Shown one piece after another: positions 52,925-63,497 of a DNA stretch of 64,000 nt. Every line of letters begins with the position of its first letter. Position 1 is the first letter of the stretch. Under the pieces are notes generated by a model, which saw nothing but the letters and a program-made list of their open reading frames with translations, was not told the origin of the DNA and did not search any database. The position numbers and the translations under genes were made by a program. The stretch is taken from positions 1-64,000 of the forward strand of contig CAVYNY010000010.1 in the NCBI GenBank assembly GCA_963769935.1. Direction: 5' to 3'. This DNA is from an uncultured delta proteobacterium. Its GTDB lineage: Bacteria > Desulfobacterota > Desulfobacteria > Desulfobacterales > JAFDCJ01.

Positions 52925-53473
52925 CTACCGGCCCAGCAATCCATGGACTCGGCCATTCAGACTGCTGTTGGGTATGGCCTTCAGCACATTGCCGATCGAA
53001 ACGAAACACTGCCTGACAATTGCCGTTTTGGGCCGTGATGATTCCAGCTGGGCACCAATGGTTTTCAAATCAGCCATCAATTCGGCCAGGGGATCAAAGC
53101 CCAGCCCCAGAGTGCCGACTTGATCTTTGATTTCTGTGACAATTTGCTCAACCGCCTGCCGCGCGGCCGAATTCAAAAGCGGTTCCTCACCCAGCTTGGT
53201 TGACTTGCCGGCATCGGAAGCCAAAGGACCGATCAGGTCCTGAACCAGCTCCGATCCGGCGGCGCTGATTCCGATCCCGCCGGAGAGAGTTCGGATTTCC
53301 ACCAGCTGCGAGCCGATCAACTTTTCGGCTACCCTGGCAGCGGCATCCCGCTCCAGGCCCATCAGCCCGCCGATGTCATACATGGACACCTGCACCGAGG
53401 AATCGCCGCGGGTCTTTTCAAACAATTGGATTAAAAACTGCTTGCCGGTTTCATCAACTTCAGGATCCGTCAT
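52925..53473 (-). CDS. Hypothetical protein
   Basis: Fills the gap between citrate synthase and xth; GAAAGG before ATG. Confidence 0.65.
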   Translation of the reverse strand: MTDPEVDETGKQFLIQLFEKTRGDSSVQVSMYDIGGLMGLERDAAARVAEKLIGSQLVEIRTLSGGIGISAAGSELVQDLIGPLASDAGKSTKLGEEPLLNSAARQAVEQIVTEIKDQVGTLGLGFDPLAELMADLKTIGAQLESSRPKTAIVRQCFVSIGNVLKAIPNSSLNGRVHGLLGR

Positions 53474-53474
53474 A

Positions 53475-54659
53475 TTACCTTTCTTCCAACGGTGTATATT
53501 CGCATACCGCCGGACCGCAATAGTCCCCGACGTACTCGGATTCAGGTCGGTAGAGCATCGGTTTGGGAGCGGCACCTGCAAATTGTTCCTCGATGATGTG
53601 GGCGCACCAGCCTGCTATCCGGGCAACGGCAAATACCGGGGTGAATAAATCCACGGGAAACCCCATGGCGTAATACAAGGAGCCGCTGTAAAAATCGACA
53701 TTGACGTATATATCCTTCCCCTTGCGTTTTTTAAATTCTTCTTTGCCGGTTTTTTCAAGCAGCGTGGCGATATCGTACCACCTGGTCTCTCCGGTTCTTT
53801 CGGCCATGGCCTTGATCATCTCTTCCAGAATGGGTGCGCGGGGATCGTCGGTATCGTAAACGGCATGTCCCAGGCCAAAAATCACCCGGCCGGCATCAAA
53901 TTCCTGATTGACATAATCATGTACCTTGTCGGCTGAGCCGATTTTAAAAAGCATTTCCATGACCCGCGCATTGGCACCGCCATGCAGGTCACCGGACAGT
54001 GAGCCCACCGCGGCGGCAACTGCGGCATACATGTGGGCTCTGGTGGAGGCAACTTCGCGGGCGGCAAAGGTGGAAGCATTGAAGGAGTGCTCGGCGTGGC
54101 AGACAAGCGCGACGTCCAGAAAACGGGCCACCTGCTTATCGGGAATCTCCCCGGTGAGCATGTATAAAAAATTGGCCGCGTGATCCAGATCGGGTAATGG
54201 CGGGACCGGTTTTTTGTTATTGCGGATTCGGTGCCAGACGGCGATGATCGCCGAAAATTTGGCAATCAGTTTGGTGGCCATGCGCCATGCCGCATCCATG
54301 GTTTGATCTCGGTTGAGGACATCCTCATCATGCTGCGCCAGCATGGGTACCACCGACTGCAAAATGTCCATGGGCAAAGCATTTTTGGGCATGGTGTGCA
54401 TGGCAGCAATCACCTCGTCCGGCAGCCCCTGCTGGGCCCGGATCCGGTGCCGGAACTCTTCTAGTTCGGCTTTGTCGGGCAATTTTTCGTAAAGCAGCAA
54501 ATGGGCGGTTTCTTCAAATGAAGCCCGTTTTGCCAAATCCTGGATTAAATACCCCCTGTAAATTAACCGTCCGTTGGCACCATCAACATCGCATATGCGC
54601 GACTGTGCAATGACAAAGCCTCGCAGGCCCGTATTCAAGATGGGTTTGCATGCTTCCAT
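53475..54659 (-). CDS. gltA: Citrate synthase family protein
   Basis: LIYRGY, HAEHSFNAST, LHGGAN, GLGHAVY, NVDFYSG. Confidence 0.9.
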   Translation of the reverse strand: MEACKPILNTGLRGFVIAQSRICDVDGANGRLIYRGYLIQDLAKRASFEETAHLLLYEKLPDKAELEEFRHRIRAQQGLPDEVIAAMHTMPKNALPMDILQSVVPMLAQHDEDVLNRDQTMDAAWRMATKLIAKFSAIIAVWHRIRNNKKPVPPLPDLDHAANFLYMLTGEIPDKQVARFLDVALVCHAEHSFNASTFAAREVASTRAHMYAAVAAAVGSLSGDLHGGANARVMEMLFKIGSADKVHDYVNQEFDAGRVIFGLGHAVYDTDDPRAPILEEMIKAMAERTGETRWYDIATLLEKTGKEEFKKRKGKDIYVNVDFYSGSLYYAMGFPVDLFTPVFAVARIAGWCAHIIEEQFAGAAPKPMLYRPESEYVGDYCGPAVCEYTPLEER

Positions 54660-54781
54660 ATTCTCACCTCTCATGTTGTTCTCAGTTCGTTGCGGTCTTT
54701 CAATCTGGATGATTAAAAGGATTTAAAAAGGCCTATTCTAATAATGTATTAATGTGAGTTGTGGGAAAAAAGTCAAGCAAA

Positions 54782-55117
54782 TTAAAAAATCATTTTCTCA
54801 GGCGGCCGGCGTTCGGGAACATACTCGTGTGGTATTCGGCCGTCGTTCCATTCCTGCGAAACATAAAGATTGCAATAGCAGCTGCCGTATTCTTCAATAT
54901 CGGGTATGCTGTAAACGCAAGGGCAGATGATGTCCCGGTCGGCTGCGCGGTCCCCGGAAACCAGGCGGCACGGGCAGCCCATGTATCCATAACGCTCTTT
55001 GTTGACCAGCAGTGCCTCCAACAGCTCAAAGGTCCCCTGCTTGTCCTTGTTGAAATAATAACCTTTGGGTTCCTGAACCTTTTTCATTCTTTCGTAAAGC
55101 GCTTGTGCATCCATCAC
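54782..55117 (-). CDS. Ferredoxin-thioredoxin reductase catalytic subunit-like protein
   Basis: CPCR, IICPC, CYCNLY. Confidence 0.9.
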   Translation of the reverse strand: MMDAQALYERMKKVQEPKGYYFNKDKQGTFELLEALLVNKERYGYMGCPCRLVSGDRAADRDIICPCVYSIPDIEEYGSCYCNLYVSQEWNDGRIPHEYVPERRPPEKMIF

Positions 55118-55368
55118 ATTCCCAATGCCTCCTTGATTTCTTTTTCCTTGAATCCGACGATAACCTTATCACCGATAATGATGGTGGGAAAGGAGCAGCG
55201 CGGATTAAATTTTTTGACATCCTCGATAATTGCTTTTCTTTCATCGCCCTTTAGCAGATCCACGTCGATAAATTCGTACTTGATGGTGCAGTCGCTCAGA
55301 TATTTTTTGGTCGCCCTGCAATGGCTGCACGTACTCAGAGAAAATACTTTTACCTCAGGATTAGACAT
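55114..55368 (-). CDS. Glutaredoxin (NrdH-like)
   Basis: CSHC, SFPT, IVGF. Confidence 0.9.
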   Translation of the reverse strand: MSNPEVKVFSLSTCSHCRATKKYLSDCTIKYEFIDVDLLKGDERKAIIEDVKKFNPRCSFPTIIIGDKVIVGFKEKEIKEALGM

Positions 55369-56062
55369 TGAATCTTCCTTTCAAAGTTGGAATGCCGACC
55401 CAGTTTCAGAAGCCGGCTCTAAGGCCGCCGGAAATGATACCTGATGATAATTTGAATTTAGATAATCAATTAAGATAGTAAGATAGCAAAAAATCCGGTA
55501 CATTAACACAGAAAATTTAAAATTAAATATCCAAAACCGGCATGCGTATCCAATCAAATTTTATACCAGGGAAATGATTAAATATACAAGTTATTAGATT
55601 ATTATGATATTAATAGGTTAATTCGATAATATCGGAAAACAATCTCATTATTCAATACAATGAGACAGATGAGACGCTGAAAAGGCCGGTTCATAGATAA
55701 AGAAATCAAAAACATTTAAATTGGCCTCGGACTGGCTTCAAAGTCAGTATCTCAAAAACAGATATTCTGGTGCCGGAAACCGATCAGTACATAACCGTCT
55801 ATTATTGTTATATTTTTTTGGCAACCGAAATTTTATGGTCGAATCTGAATTAAAGGTTCTTTCAATTTAAACAAAAGAGCTGAAGTCTCAAGTTTTTATG
55901 ATGCATACATGTATCACAAGACAGTTGCCGAAATGTTTACTAAACACCGAAAGTATGCTATCAAATCGCAGTTCTTTGGCCGCCTCCTGAATTTGGTTAA
56001 TTTCTAAATAGTTACGCAAAGAGCGATTTAAATGCCGCATGTATTTAATTTTCTCTTGCATC

Positions 56063-56078
56063 TGGCATGGAATTGGCA
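56063..56078 (+). promoter_or_regulatory. Sigma54 -24/-12 promoter of cooS copy 1
   Basis: TGGCATGGAATTGGCA (GG-N10-GC). Confidence 0.6.
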
Positions 56079-56276
56079 GATAAAATTCGAGAACCTTGTA
56101 ATTGGTTAAATGTTTCTATCACGAGGGCCAACTCGTGGCAGCATAAGTTTGAGTGATATTCGTTTCTGGTAATTTATCCCATTTTAACTTTCAAACTGAA
56201 TTTTCATAATCACATCTAAGGTGGAAGTCCAGCCAGGTTATTTGAATTTCAATAAATCCAAAAAGGGAGGCCACTA

Positions 56277-58250
56277 ATGGAAGAGAAAAAAGTCATCTCC
56301 AAAACAAAGGAGATCGATATTAAAGATTTGACAATCTGCGAGGCCACCGCTCAAATGCTGGCCAAGGCCAGACGAGACGGCGTCGAAACCGCTTTTGACC
56401 GGGCAATTAATATGAAGGCTTGTCCCATCGGGGCGGATTCAGCCTGCTGCAAACATTGCGCCATGGGGCCCTGCCGGCTCAATGCCAAGGATCCTTACGG
56501 CAAAGTCGGGGTATGCGGGGCCACCATCGATACGATCATGGCGCGCAACTTCGCCCGCATGGTGGCCAGCGGCGCTGCCGCTCACACTGACCACGGCATG
56601 AGCATGCTGGATTTGTTCCGCGAAGTGGTAAACGGCAAGATCAAGGATTACCGGATCAAGGATACGATAAAGCTCGAGAAAGTTGCCACAGAAATCGGCA
56701 TTGAGACCGACGGCCGGGAAATCAAAGACATCGCCATGGATCTATATAAGGAGCTTGAGCGCACCTATACCCAGGTTGAAGGCGAAATACCGTTTACCAA
56801 GCGAGTTCCGGCAAAGACCCTTGAAACCTGGCGCAAACTTGGGATCGTGCCCCGGGGTGCCATGCGCGAAATCATGGAACTCATGCATCGAACCCACATG
56901 GGTGTCGACCAGCATTATGAAAATATCACCAAACAATGCAGCCGCACGGCCCTGGCCGACGGCTGGGGCGGTTCCATGGTGGCTACCGAAATTTCAGACA
57001 TCCTCTTCGGAACGCCGACACCGGTCGCAGCCGAGGTAAACATGGGAGTTCTGAAAGAAGATGCGGTCAATATCATTGTCCACGGACATGAGCCCAACCT
57101 GTTCGAGTCTATTCTGGAATCTGTAAATGAGCCGACCCTGGTGCGAGCTGCGAAAGATGCCGGGGCTTCCGGCATAAACCTGGTGGGCATGTGCTGCTCC
57201 GGAGCCGAGATGCTTTCCCGTCACGGAATTCCCCACGCCGGAAATTTCATGTCCACCGAAGCCGTGCTGGTTACCGGTGCCGTTGATGCCATGGCAGTTG
57301 ATGTTCAATGCATTAAACAGGGACTTGCCAAAGTCGCCGAATGTTACAATACGGTTCTGCTGACCACAAACCCCAGATGCCATATTGAAGGTGCGGAACA
57401 CATCGAGCTGCATGAACATGATCCCAAAAGCTGCACCGACGAAATCGTTATCAAGGCTATCGGTCGGTTTAAAAACAGATCGCTGCCCATCGAAATCCCC
57501 AAAATCAAAAACACCGGCATCCACGGGTTTTCGCACGAATATATCAATTATATGCTCGGTGGTACATTCAGAGCTTCGTATACCCCGCTGAATGACAACA
57601 TTATCAATGGACGCATCCGCGGCGTGGCTGGAGTCGTGGGTTGCACCAACCCGAGGGTAAAGCAGGACTACGTGCATGTTGAACTGGTCAAGGAACTGAT
57701 CAAAAACGACGTTCTGGTCCTTCAAACAGGTTGCTCGCAAATATCGCTTGCCAAAGCAGGCCTGCTGACCCCGGAAGCCGCCCATTTGGCCGGTGCCGGT
57801 CTGAAGGAGGTCTGCGAAACTGTCGGCATGCCGCCTGTCCTGGGCGTGGGGTCCTGCGTCGACAATAGCCGCATCCTGATTGCGGCTTCCGAAATGGTTC
57901 GCGTTGGCGGGCTCGGAAACAGTATCGCAGATCTCCCGGCGGCCGGAGCTGCCCCGGAATGGATGAGCGAAAAAGCCATCAGTATCGGTCATTATTTCGT
58001 CGCATCCGGCGTATATACGGTATTCGGAGTAACCTTCCCCATCGTGGAAGAGACCAAATTCCACAAACTTCTCTTTGGAGGGCTGGAAAAACAGGGTCTT
58101 GGAAAATGGGGATTTGCACCGGATCCGATTGAAATGGCCCACCTGATGATCGCCCATATTGATAAGAAACGCAAAGAATTGGGCATCGACAAGGCCAGAG
58201 AACGCACCCTTGTTGATATGGCTGATCGGCGGGCAATGGAAGCAGCGTAG
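56277..58250 (+). CDS. cooS: Ni,Fe carbon monoxide dehydrogenase, copy 1
   Basis: CCKHCAMGPC, AHTDH, HGHEP, MCCSG, GSCVD, SEKA. Confidence 0.96.
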   Translation: MEEKKVISKTKEIDIKDLTICEATAQMLAKARRDGVETAFDRAINMKACPIGADSACCKHCAMGPCRLNAKDPYGKVGVCGATIDTIMARNFARMVASGAAAHTDHGMSMLDLFREVVNGKIKDYRIKDTIKLEKVATEIGIETDGREIKDIAMDLYKELERTYTQVEGEIPFTKRVPAKTLETWRKLGIVPRGAMREIMELMHRTHMGVDQHYENITKQCSRTALADGWGGSMVATEISDILFGTPTPVAAEVNMGVLKEDAVNIIVHGHEPNLFESILESVNEPTLVRAAKDAGASGINLVGMCCSGAEMLSRHGIPHAGNFMSTEAVLVTGAVDAMAVDVQCIKQGLAKVAECYNTVLLTTNPRCHIEGAEHIELHEHDPKSCTDEIVIKAIGRFKNRSLPIEIPKIKNTGIHGFSHEYINYMLGGTFRASYTPLNDNIINGRIRGVAGVVGCTNPRVKQDYVHVELVKELIKNDVLVLQTGCSQISLAKAGLLTPEAAHLAGAGLKEVCETVGMPPVLGVGSCVDNSRILIAASEMVRVGGLGNSIADLPAAGAAPEWMSEKAISIGHYFVASGVYTVFGVTFPIVEETKFHKLLFGGLEKQGLGKWGFAPDPIEMAHLMIAHIDKKRKELGIDKARERTLVDMADRRAMEAA

Positions 58251-58270
58251 TGTCAGCCCACTCCATCGCA

Positions 58271-58302
58271 GGATGGCGTCTCAACCCGGACGCCATCCTT
58301 TG
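58271..58302 (+). terminator. Hairpin terminator
   Basis: GGATGGCGTC / GACGCCATCC-TTT. Confidence 0.6.
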
Positions 58303-58609
58303 CTGGGCTAAAAAATTTTAAATCAGACCAAAATCCTTTTTTATGATGTTACCCGGACTTGCACTTTGGGGCTCGTCGGCAGCCGGTTTTCAATCTTCCT
58401 CTTTTTTGCGCCATGTCCTGCCATTTGTCTCATCATCGATTTAGCACGAACCTGTATCATAAGACAAACCGCGGATGGCTTTGCATCCTGAACGCTCGTT
58501 TCTTTCCCCCTACTATTTTTCCCATAAAATAAAATTTTATATGTTATTTTAATTGTTTAGCTATTATATCCAGGTTATATTCATACTTATTTAGTATATA
58601 TCAATAAAC

Positions 58610-58625
58610 TGGCATGAAAATTGTT
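58610..58625 (+). promoter_or_regulatory. Sigma54-like promoter of cooS copy 2
   Basis: TGGCATGAAAATTGTT (GG-N10-GT variant). Confidence 0.5.
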
Positions 58626-58660
58626 ATATAATTTATAAATTCAACAAAGGGAGGCCACTA

Positions 58661-60634
58661 ATGGAAGAGAAAAAAGTCATCTCCAAAACAAAGGAGATCG
58701 ATATTAAAGATTTGACAATCTGCGAGGCCACCGCTCAAATGCTGGCCAAGGCCAGACGAGACGGCGTCGAAACCGCTTTTGACCGGGCAATTAATATGAA
58801 GGCTTGTCCCATCGGGGCGGATTCAGCCTGCTGCAAACATTGCGCCATGGGGCCCTGCCGGCTCAATGCCAAGGATCCTTACGGCAAAGTCGGGGTATGC
58901 GGGGCCACCATCGATACGATCATGGCGCGCAACTTCGCCCGCATGGTGGCCGCCGGCAGTGCCGCCCATACGGACCACGGCATGGGCATGCTCGACCTTT
59001 TCCGGGAGGTGCTGAACGGCAACATCCAGGATTACGGCATTAAAGACCCGCTCAAACTCATAGAGGTGGCCAAATCAATCGATATCGAGACGGACGGCCG
59101 GGAAATCAAAGACATCGCCATGGATCTATACAAGGAGCTTGAGCGCACCTACACCCAGGTGGAAGGAGAAATTCCCTTTGCGAAACGGGTGCCGCAAAAA
59201 ACACTGGAGACCTGGCGCAAGCAGGGAATCGTTCCCCGGGGAGCCATGCGCGAAATCATGGAGTTGATGCATCGCACGCATATGGGCGTGGACCAGCATT
59301 ATGAAAATATCACCAAGCAGTGCAGCCGCACCGCGCTGGCCGACGGCTGGGGCGGTTCCATGGTGGCTACGGAAATTTCCGACATTTTGTTCGGCACCCC
59401 ATCGCCGGTAGCGGTCGAGGTGAACATGGGCGTGCTAAAAGAAGACCAGGTCAATATCATCATTCACGGCCATGAACCCAATTTATTTGAATCCATAGTT
59501 GAATCGGTCAATGAACCCACCCTGATTCAGGCCGCCAAAGATGCCGGTGCCAAGGGGATCAACCTGGTAGGGATGTGCTGCTCAGGACTGGAAATGTTTG
59601 TCCGTCACGGAATACCTCACGCCGGCAACTTTATGTCCACCGAAGCCGTACTGGTCACCGGGGCCGTGGACGCCATGGGCGTTGATGTGCAGTGCATTAA
59701 ACAGGGCCTGGTTAAAGTTGCGGACTGTTATGAAACGCCGCTGATTACGACCAACCCGCGCTGCCGCATCGAAGGCGCCCTTCACATTGAATTTCACGAG
59801 CACGATCCCAAGGCCTGCACGGATGAAATCGTCATTCAGGCCATCGGTCGCTTCAAAAACCGCAGGCTGCCCATCGAAATTCCGCAAATCGTCAACACCG
59901 GCGTGCACGGGTTTTCCCACGAGTATATCAATTATATGCTCGGCGGAACTTTCCGGGCCTCCTATACGCCCCTTAACGACAATATTATCAATGGCCGCAT
60001 TCGCGGGGTGGCGGGTGTCGTCGGCTGCACCAATCCCCGGATAAAGCAGGATTGGGTGCATGTGGAACTGGTTAAAGAGCTGATTAAAAACGACGTGCTG
60101 GTGGTACAGACCGGCTGCTCTCAAATCGCACTGGCCAAAGCCGGACTGACGACTCCGGAAGCCGCTCATCTGGCCGGCCCGGGATTAAAAGAAGTCTGCG
60201 AAACTGTGGGTATGCCGCCGGTCCTGGGCTGCGGCGCCTGTGTCGACAACAGCCGGATTCTGATTGCCTGCGCTGAAATGGTCAAAACAGGCGGTCTGGG
60301 AGAAAGCATCGCCGATCTGCCGGTGGCCGGCTGTGCACCGGAGTACATGAGTGAAAAAGCGATCTGCATCGGACAGTATTTTGTGGCTTCGGGTGTCTAC
60401 ACGGTATTCGGTGTTACCTTTCCCATCGTGGAAGGAACCAAATTCTACAAACACCTGTTCGAAGAGCTGGAACAAAAGGGTATGGGAAAATGGGGCTTTG
60501 CCACCGATCCGTATGAAATTGCAGCGATGATGATCGCCCATATCGATAAAAAACGCAAGCAGCTTGGGATCGACAAGACCCGCGAGCGGACACTGGTGGA
60601 TATGGCTGACCGTCGGGCAATGGATGCGGCCTAA
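58661..60634 (+). CDS. cooS: Ni,Fe carbon monoxide dehydrogenase, copy 2
   Basis: Same length and motifs as copy 1. Confidence 0.96.
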   Translation: MEEKKVISKTKEIDIKDLTICEATAQMLAKARRDGVETAFDRAINMKACPIGADSACCKHCAMGPCRLNAKDPYGKVGVCGATIDTIMARNFARMVAAGSAAHTDHGMGMLDLFREVLNGNIQDYGIKDPLKLIEVAKSIDIETDGREIKDIAMDLYKELERTYTQVEGEIPFAKRVPQKTLETWRKQGIVPRGAMREIMELMHRTHMGVDQHYENITKQCSRTALADGWGGSMVATEISDILFGTPSPVAVEVNMGVLKEDQVNIIIHGHEPNLFESIVESVNEPTLIQAAKDAGAKGINLVGMCCSGLEMFVRHGIPHAGNFMSTEAVLVTGAVDAMGVDVQCIKQGLVKVADCYETPLITTNPRCRIEGALHIEFHEHDPKACTDEIVIQAIGRFKNRRLPIEIPQIVNTGVHGFSHEYINYMLGGTFRASYTPLNDNIINGRIRGVAGVVGCTNPRIKQDWVHVELVKELIKNDVLVVQTGCSQIALAKAGLTTPEAAHLAGPGLKEVCETVGMPPVLGCGACVDNSRILIACAEMVKTGGLGESIADLPVAGCAPEYMSEKAICIGQYFVASGVYTVFGVTFPIVEGTKFYKHLFEELEQKGMGKWGFATDPYEIAAMMIAHIDKKRKQLGIDKTRERTLVDMADRRAMDAA

Positions 60635-60667
60635 TCAATCCGACAGACCGCAACAGTCAAAAACAAT

Positions 60668-60709
60668 AAAAACAAAAGGGGCTTCCCAACGGGAGCCCCT
60701 TTTGTTTTT
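60668..60709. terminator. Bidirectional intrinsic terminator
   Basis: AAAACAAAAGGGGCTTCC / GGGAGCCCCTTTTGTTTT between convergent genes. Confidence 0.85.
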
Positions 60710-60821
60710 GATCTTGGAACGCGAATGCGGCGGTCTTGCTTCTGTTTCAATGCCAGGAGGCGGCCGGCTGGAACCCAAAAATCAATGGGGCCTGAAGCCC
60801 AAACCTCTCAACCCTTACGAT

Positions 60822-61175
60822 TCATCTTTCCACGCCCAATTCACGTTTTAACCAAGCTTTTACATCGTCTTCAAGGGCATACACCCCTTTCAGCTCGCAG
60901 ACCTCCTTTTCATACTGCTGCGGCAGTTCAAATTGTGCCAGTTCAACCGCTTCTTCTGAATTGCGTCGGATCAGGTAAATAAAATAGGGTTTGTGCCAGC
61001 AGTTGACCACAAAATAGGTAGAATAATCGCTTTTCGAACGTATGGTATACTTCCCGCTGCCCCAATCCGTGTTGCCCCATTCCAGATAGAGTTTGACCGC
61101 TTGCTCAGGTCCCAGATCCCAGCTGATCTCATTGATCAGGTCGGTTTCTTTTTTTAATTCTTCCAGCGACAGCAT
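60822..61175 (-). CDS. Conserved hypothetical protein (DVU0772-like)
   Basis: ISWDL, LYLEWGN, YFVVNCW; GGAGG RBS; family name recalled from memory. Confidence 0.6.
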   Translation of the reverse strand: MLSLEELKKETDLINEISWDLGPEQAVKLYLEWGNTDWGSGKYTIRSKSDYSTYFVVNCWHKPYFIYLIRRNSEEAVELAQFELPQQYEKEVCELKGVYALEDDVKAWLKRELGVER

Positions 61176-61298
61176 TTAGACCTCCTTTAATAGCAACCAA
61201 TCCTTTAAAACACAAAGAATGTAAGGATGTGTAGGACGGGTGTCAAACAGCTGCAGGGAAGGTCCGGTATGGTACTTGCAACCTGGAAATATAAGCGG

Positions 61299-62684
61299 TT
61301 AGGACAGCTTAGCGACTTGATACAGTTCGGGGTGATCCCCTAAAAATCGATAAAGGGTTGCCCGCCCGACGCCGAGCAGCTTGGCGGCTTTGGCCTTGTT
61401 GCCGCCGGTCCTGATCAAGGCCGAGCGTACACCTTCTAAATTTAGTTTGCGGGTGGGCCCTCGGCGGATGCATGTATTTTCAATTTCCCGCAGCTCAATC
61501 GGCAAATCTTCTGCTTCAATGGTGTCGCCGCTGCATTTGACAAAGGCAAACTGGATAGCGTTCTGCAATTCACGGACATTGCCCGGCCAATGGTAGTCCA
61601 ATATTAGTGACAGGGCCGGAGCGGAGACTCTGACAGGATCACGTTTGTAGCGTTCACTGGCTTCCTGCAGAAAGTGTTCGATCAGCAGCGGTATGTCCAT
61701 CTTGCGTTCACGCAAAGGCGGCATATGAATCGGAATGACATTTAGCCTGTAATAGAGGTCTTCGCGAAATCGCCCCTGTTTCACGGCCTCCTTAAGATTT
61801 TTGTTTGAGGCGCTGATGACCCGCACATCAACCGAAATTGTCCGCTCACCGCCGACCCGTTCAAATTTGCTTTCCTGCAGGCAACGCAAAATTTTGGCCT
61901 GCATATTGTTGGAGAGTTCGGCCACTTCATCGAGAAATACCGTTCCGCCATCGGCAAGCTCGAAACGGCCTTTTTTGTCGCGTATGGCGCCTGAAAATGC
62001 GCCTTTCACATGACCGAAAAGCTCGCTTTCGATAAGACCTTCCGGCAGCGCGCCGCAGTTGATGGGAACAAAAGCGGCGCCGTTGCGCGAACTTTCATTA
62101 TGGATGGCATTGGCAACCAGTTCTTTGCCGGTCCCGGTTTCACCGGATATATAAACGGGATAATCATAGCTCGAAACATCGCGTATATGTTTGAAAATTT
62201 TATACATTTTATGGTCCTGGCCGATAATGTTGCCGAAACTGGTCAGTTTACCGGCCTGCAGCTTCAGACTGAAAAGATCGGTAACATCCCGGAAGGAGGC
62301 CAGGACTCCGACAAATTCACCGCTGTCATCCCGCATGCTGGTGATGGTCATTTCCACCCGGCGCGATTCACCGCTTTTAGTTGTGATGCTCAGGGAATGC
62401 TCGGAAGTTTCAGCCAGATCCGGCACGTCGTCACAAAACTTGCAGCGGCCACCGCAAAAAGGATGACCGAAAGCCTCATGGCATTCCTTGCCCAGAACAT
62501 CTCCCCGGCTGTAACCGGAAATACGCTCGGCTTCCTGGTTGAAGAAAAAGATGCGTCGATTCATGTCATGGGCGATTATCCCTTCTTTGAGATTGTCCAG
62601 CACATGCTCCAGGTTATCCTGGTGACACATTAAATTTTCAAGGGAAAGATCCGACATCATTTTCTTTCGATAAATTCTGCTCAT
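61299..62684 (-). CDS. PAS-domain sigma54-dependent activator
   Basis: GETGTGKE, GAFSGA, WPGNVREL, Fis HTH; Cx8Cx3C in PAS. Confidence 0.93.
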   Translation of the reverse strand: MSRIYRKKMMSDLSLENLMCHQDNLEHVLDNLKEGIIAHDMNRRIFFFNQEAERISGYSRGDVLGKECHEAFGHPFCGGRCKFCDDVPDLAETSEHSLSITTKSGESRRVEMTITSMRDDSGEFVGVLASFRDVTDLFSLKLQAGKLTSFGNIIGQDHKMYKIFKHIRDVSSYDYPVYISGETGTGKELVANAIHNESSRNGAAFVPINCGALPEGLIESELFGHVKGAFSGAIRDKKGRFELADGGTVFLDEVAELSNNMQAKILRCLQESKFERVGGERTISVDVRVISASNKNLKEAVKQGRFREDLYYRLNVIPIHMPPLRERKMDIPLLIEHFLQEASERYKRDPVRVSAPALSLILDYHWPGNVRELQNAIQFAFVKCSGDTIEAEDLPIELREIENTCIRRGPTRKLNLEGVRSALIRTGGNKAKAAKLLGVGRATLYRFLGDHPELYQVAKLS

Positions 62685-62773
62685 ACCGTGCAGGGTATTT
62701 TCCGGTTCAATTGAATTCCGCTTAAATCAATACGAACATCATAAGCCAGTATCTCAACACCCCGGTCTGGTCT

Positions 62774-63280
62774 TTAAAACTTATATTTTTCATCCACCTT
62801 TAAATACCTTTCCTCTATAAAGGCCGCCAGAGAATCAATGTCTTCAAGACCGAATACAGGTACATCCAAATCAAAACCGACATCACTGACGACGGCAACC
62901 AGGTGCGGGTCTTCCAGTAGAAGCGCTTGGCTGTGTCGGGCTGCCCGCACCACCTCAATTTTAGGTTTGAGCGCTCTTTTATAACCTTCGGCAATCACCA
63001 GATCCAGATCGTTGAAATAGTTTTGCAGGCTTTCCAGGGTTCCTTGATGATCATTTTTTACCATGGCAATTTTGCCCGGGGAGGCGATGATTACCGTTTC
63101 AGCTCCGGCATCTTTATGGCGCCAGCTGTCTTTGCCGGTTTTATCAAAATCAAAAATGTGGTGAGAGTGTTTGATGGTGCCGATCCGATAACCTTTGCGG
63201 ATGAGTACCGGAATCAACTTCTCGATTAGCGTGGTTTTACCGGACTCTGACCGACCTGCGATGCAAATAATCTGAGGCAT
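62774..63280 (-). CDS. mobB: Molybdopterin-guanine dinucleotide biosynthesis protein B
   Basis: GRSESGKTTL, IKHSHH, GKDSWRH, EGYK. Confidence 0.92.
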   Translation of the reverse strand: MPQIICIAGRSESGKTTLIEKLIPVLIRKGYRIGTIKHSHHIFDFDKTGKDSWRHKDAGAETVIIASPGKIAMVKNDHQGTLESLQNYFNDLDLVIAEGYKRALKPKIEVVRAARHSQALLLEDPHLVAVVSDVGFDLDVPVFGLEDIDSLAAFIEERYLKVDEKYKF

Positions 63281-63497
63281 TCCGAGCTCCCTGCCGAAAT
63301 CGTTTTTCCATTCAGACTCAAAATAGAATTCAACCCAACCGCAGCTGAAAACGTAAGCATCAAAATTAGGTTGCAAAAGACATATTGTCAAGAGTCAACG
63401 ATAACCTGCCAAAATAGATTTTTTACTGAAACTCGGCGAACCGCCCTACGAATATTATGTCAGCGATACCTCCCCCAATGGCTATGAGCCGGAACAA

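Noticed and set aside
54782..55368. Sec forms of glutaredoxin or ferredoxin-thioredoxin reductase
   Set aside because: All motif positions are Cys codons in uninterrupted ORFs
56994..58157. 387-aa antisense ORF and similar shadow ORFs
   Set aside because: Mirror of cooS codon structure; no motifs and not preserved at full length in the paralogue
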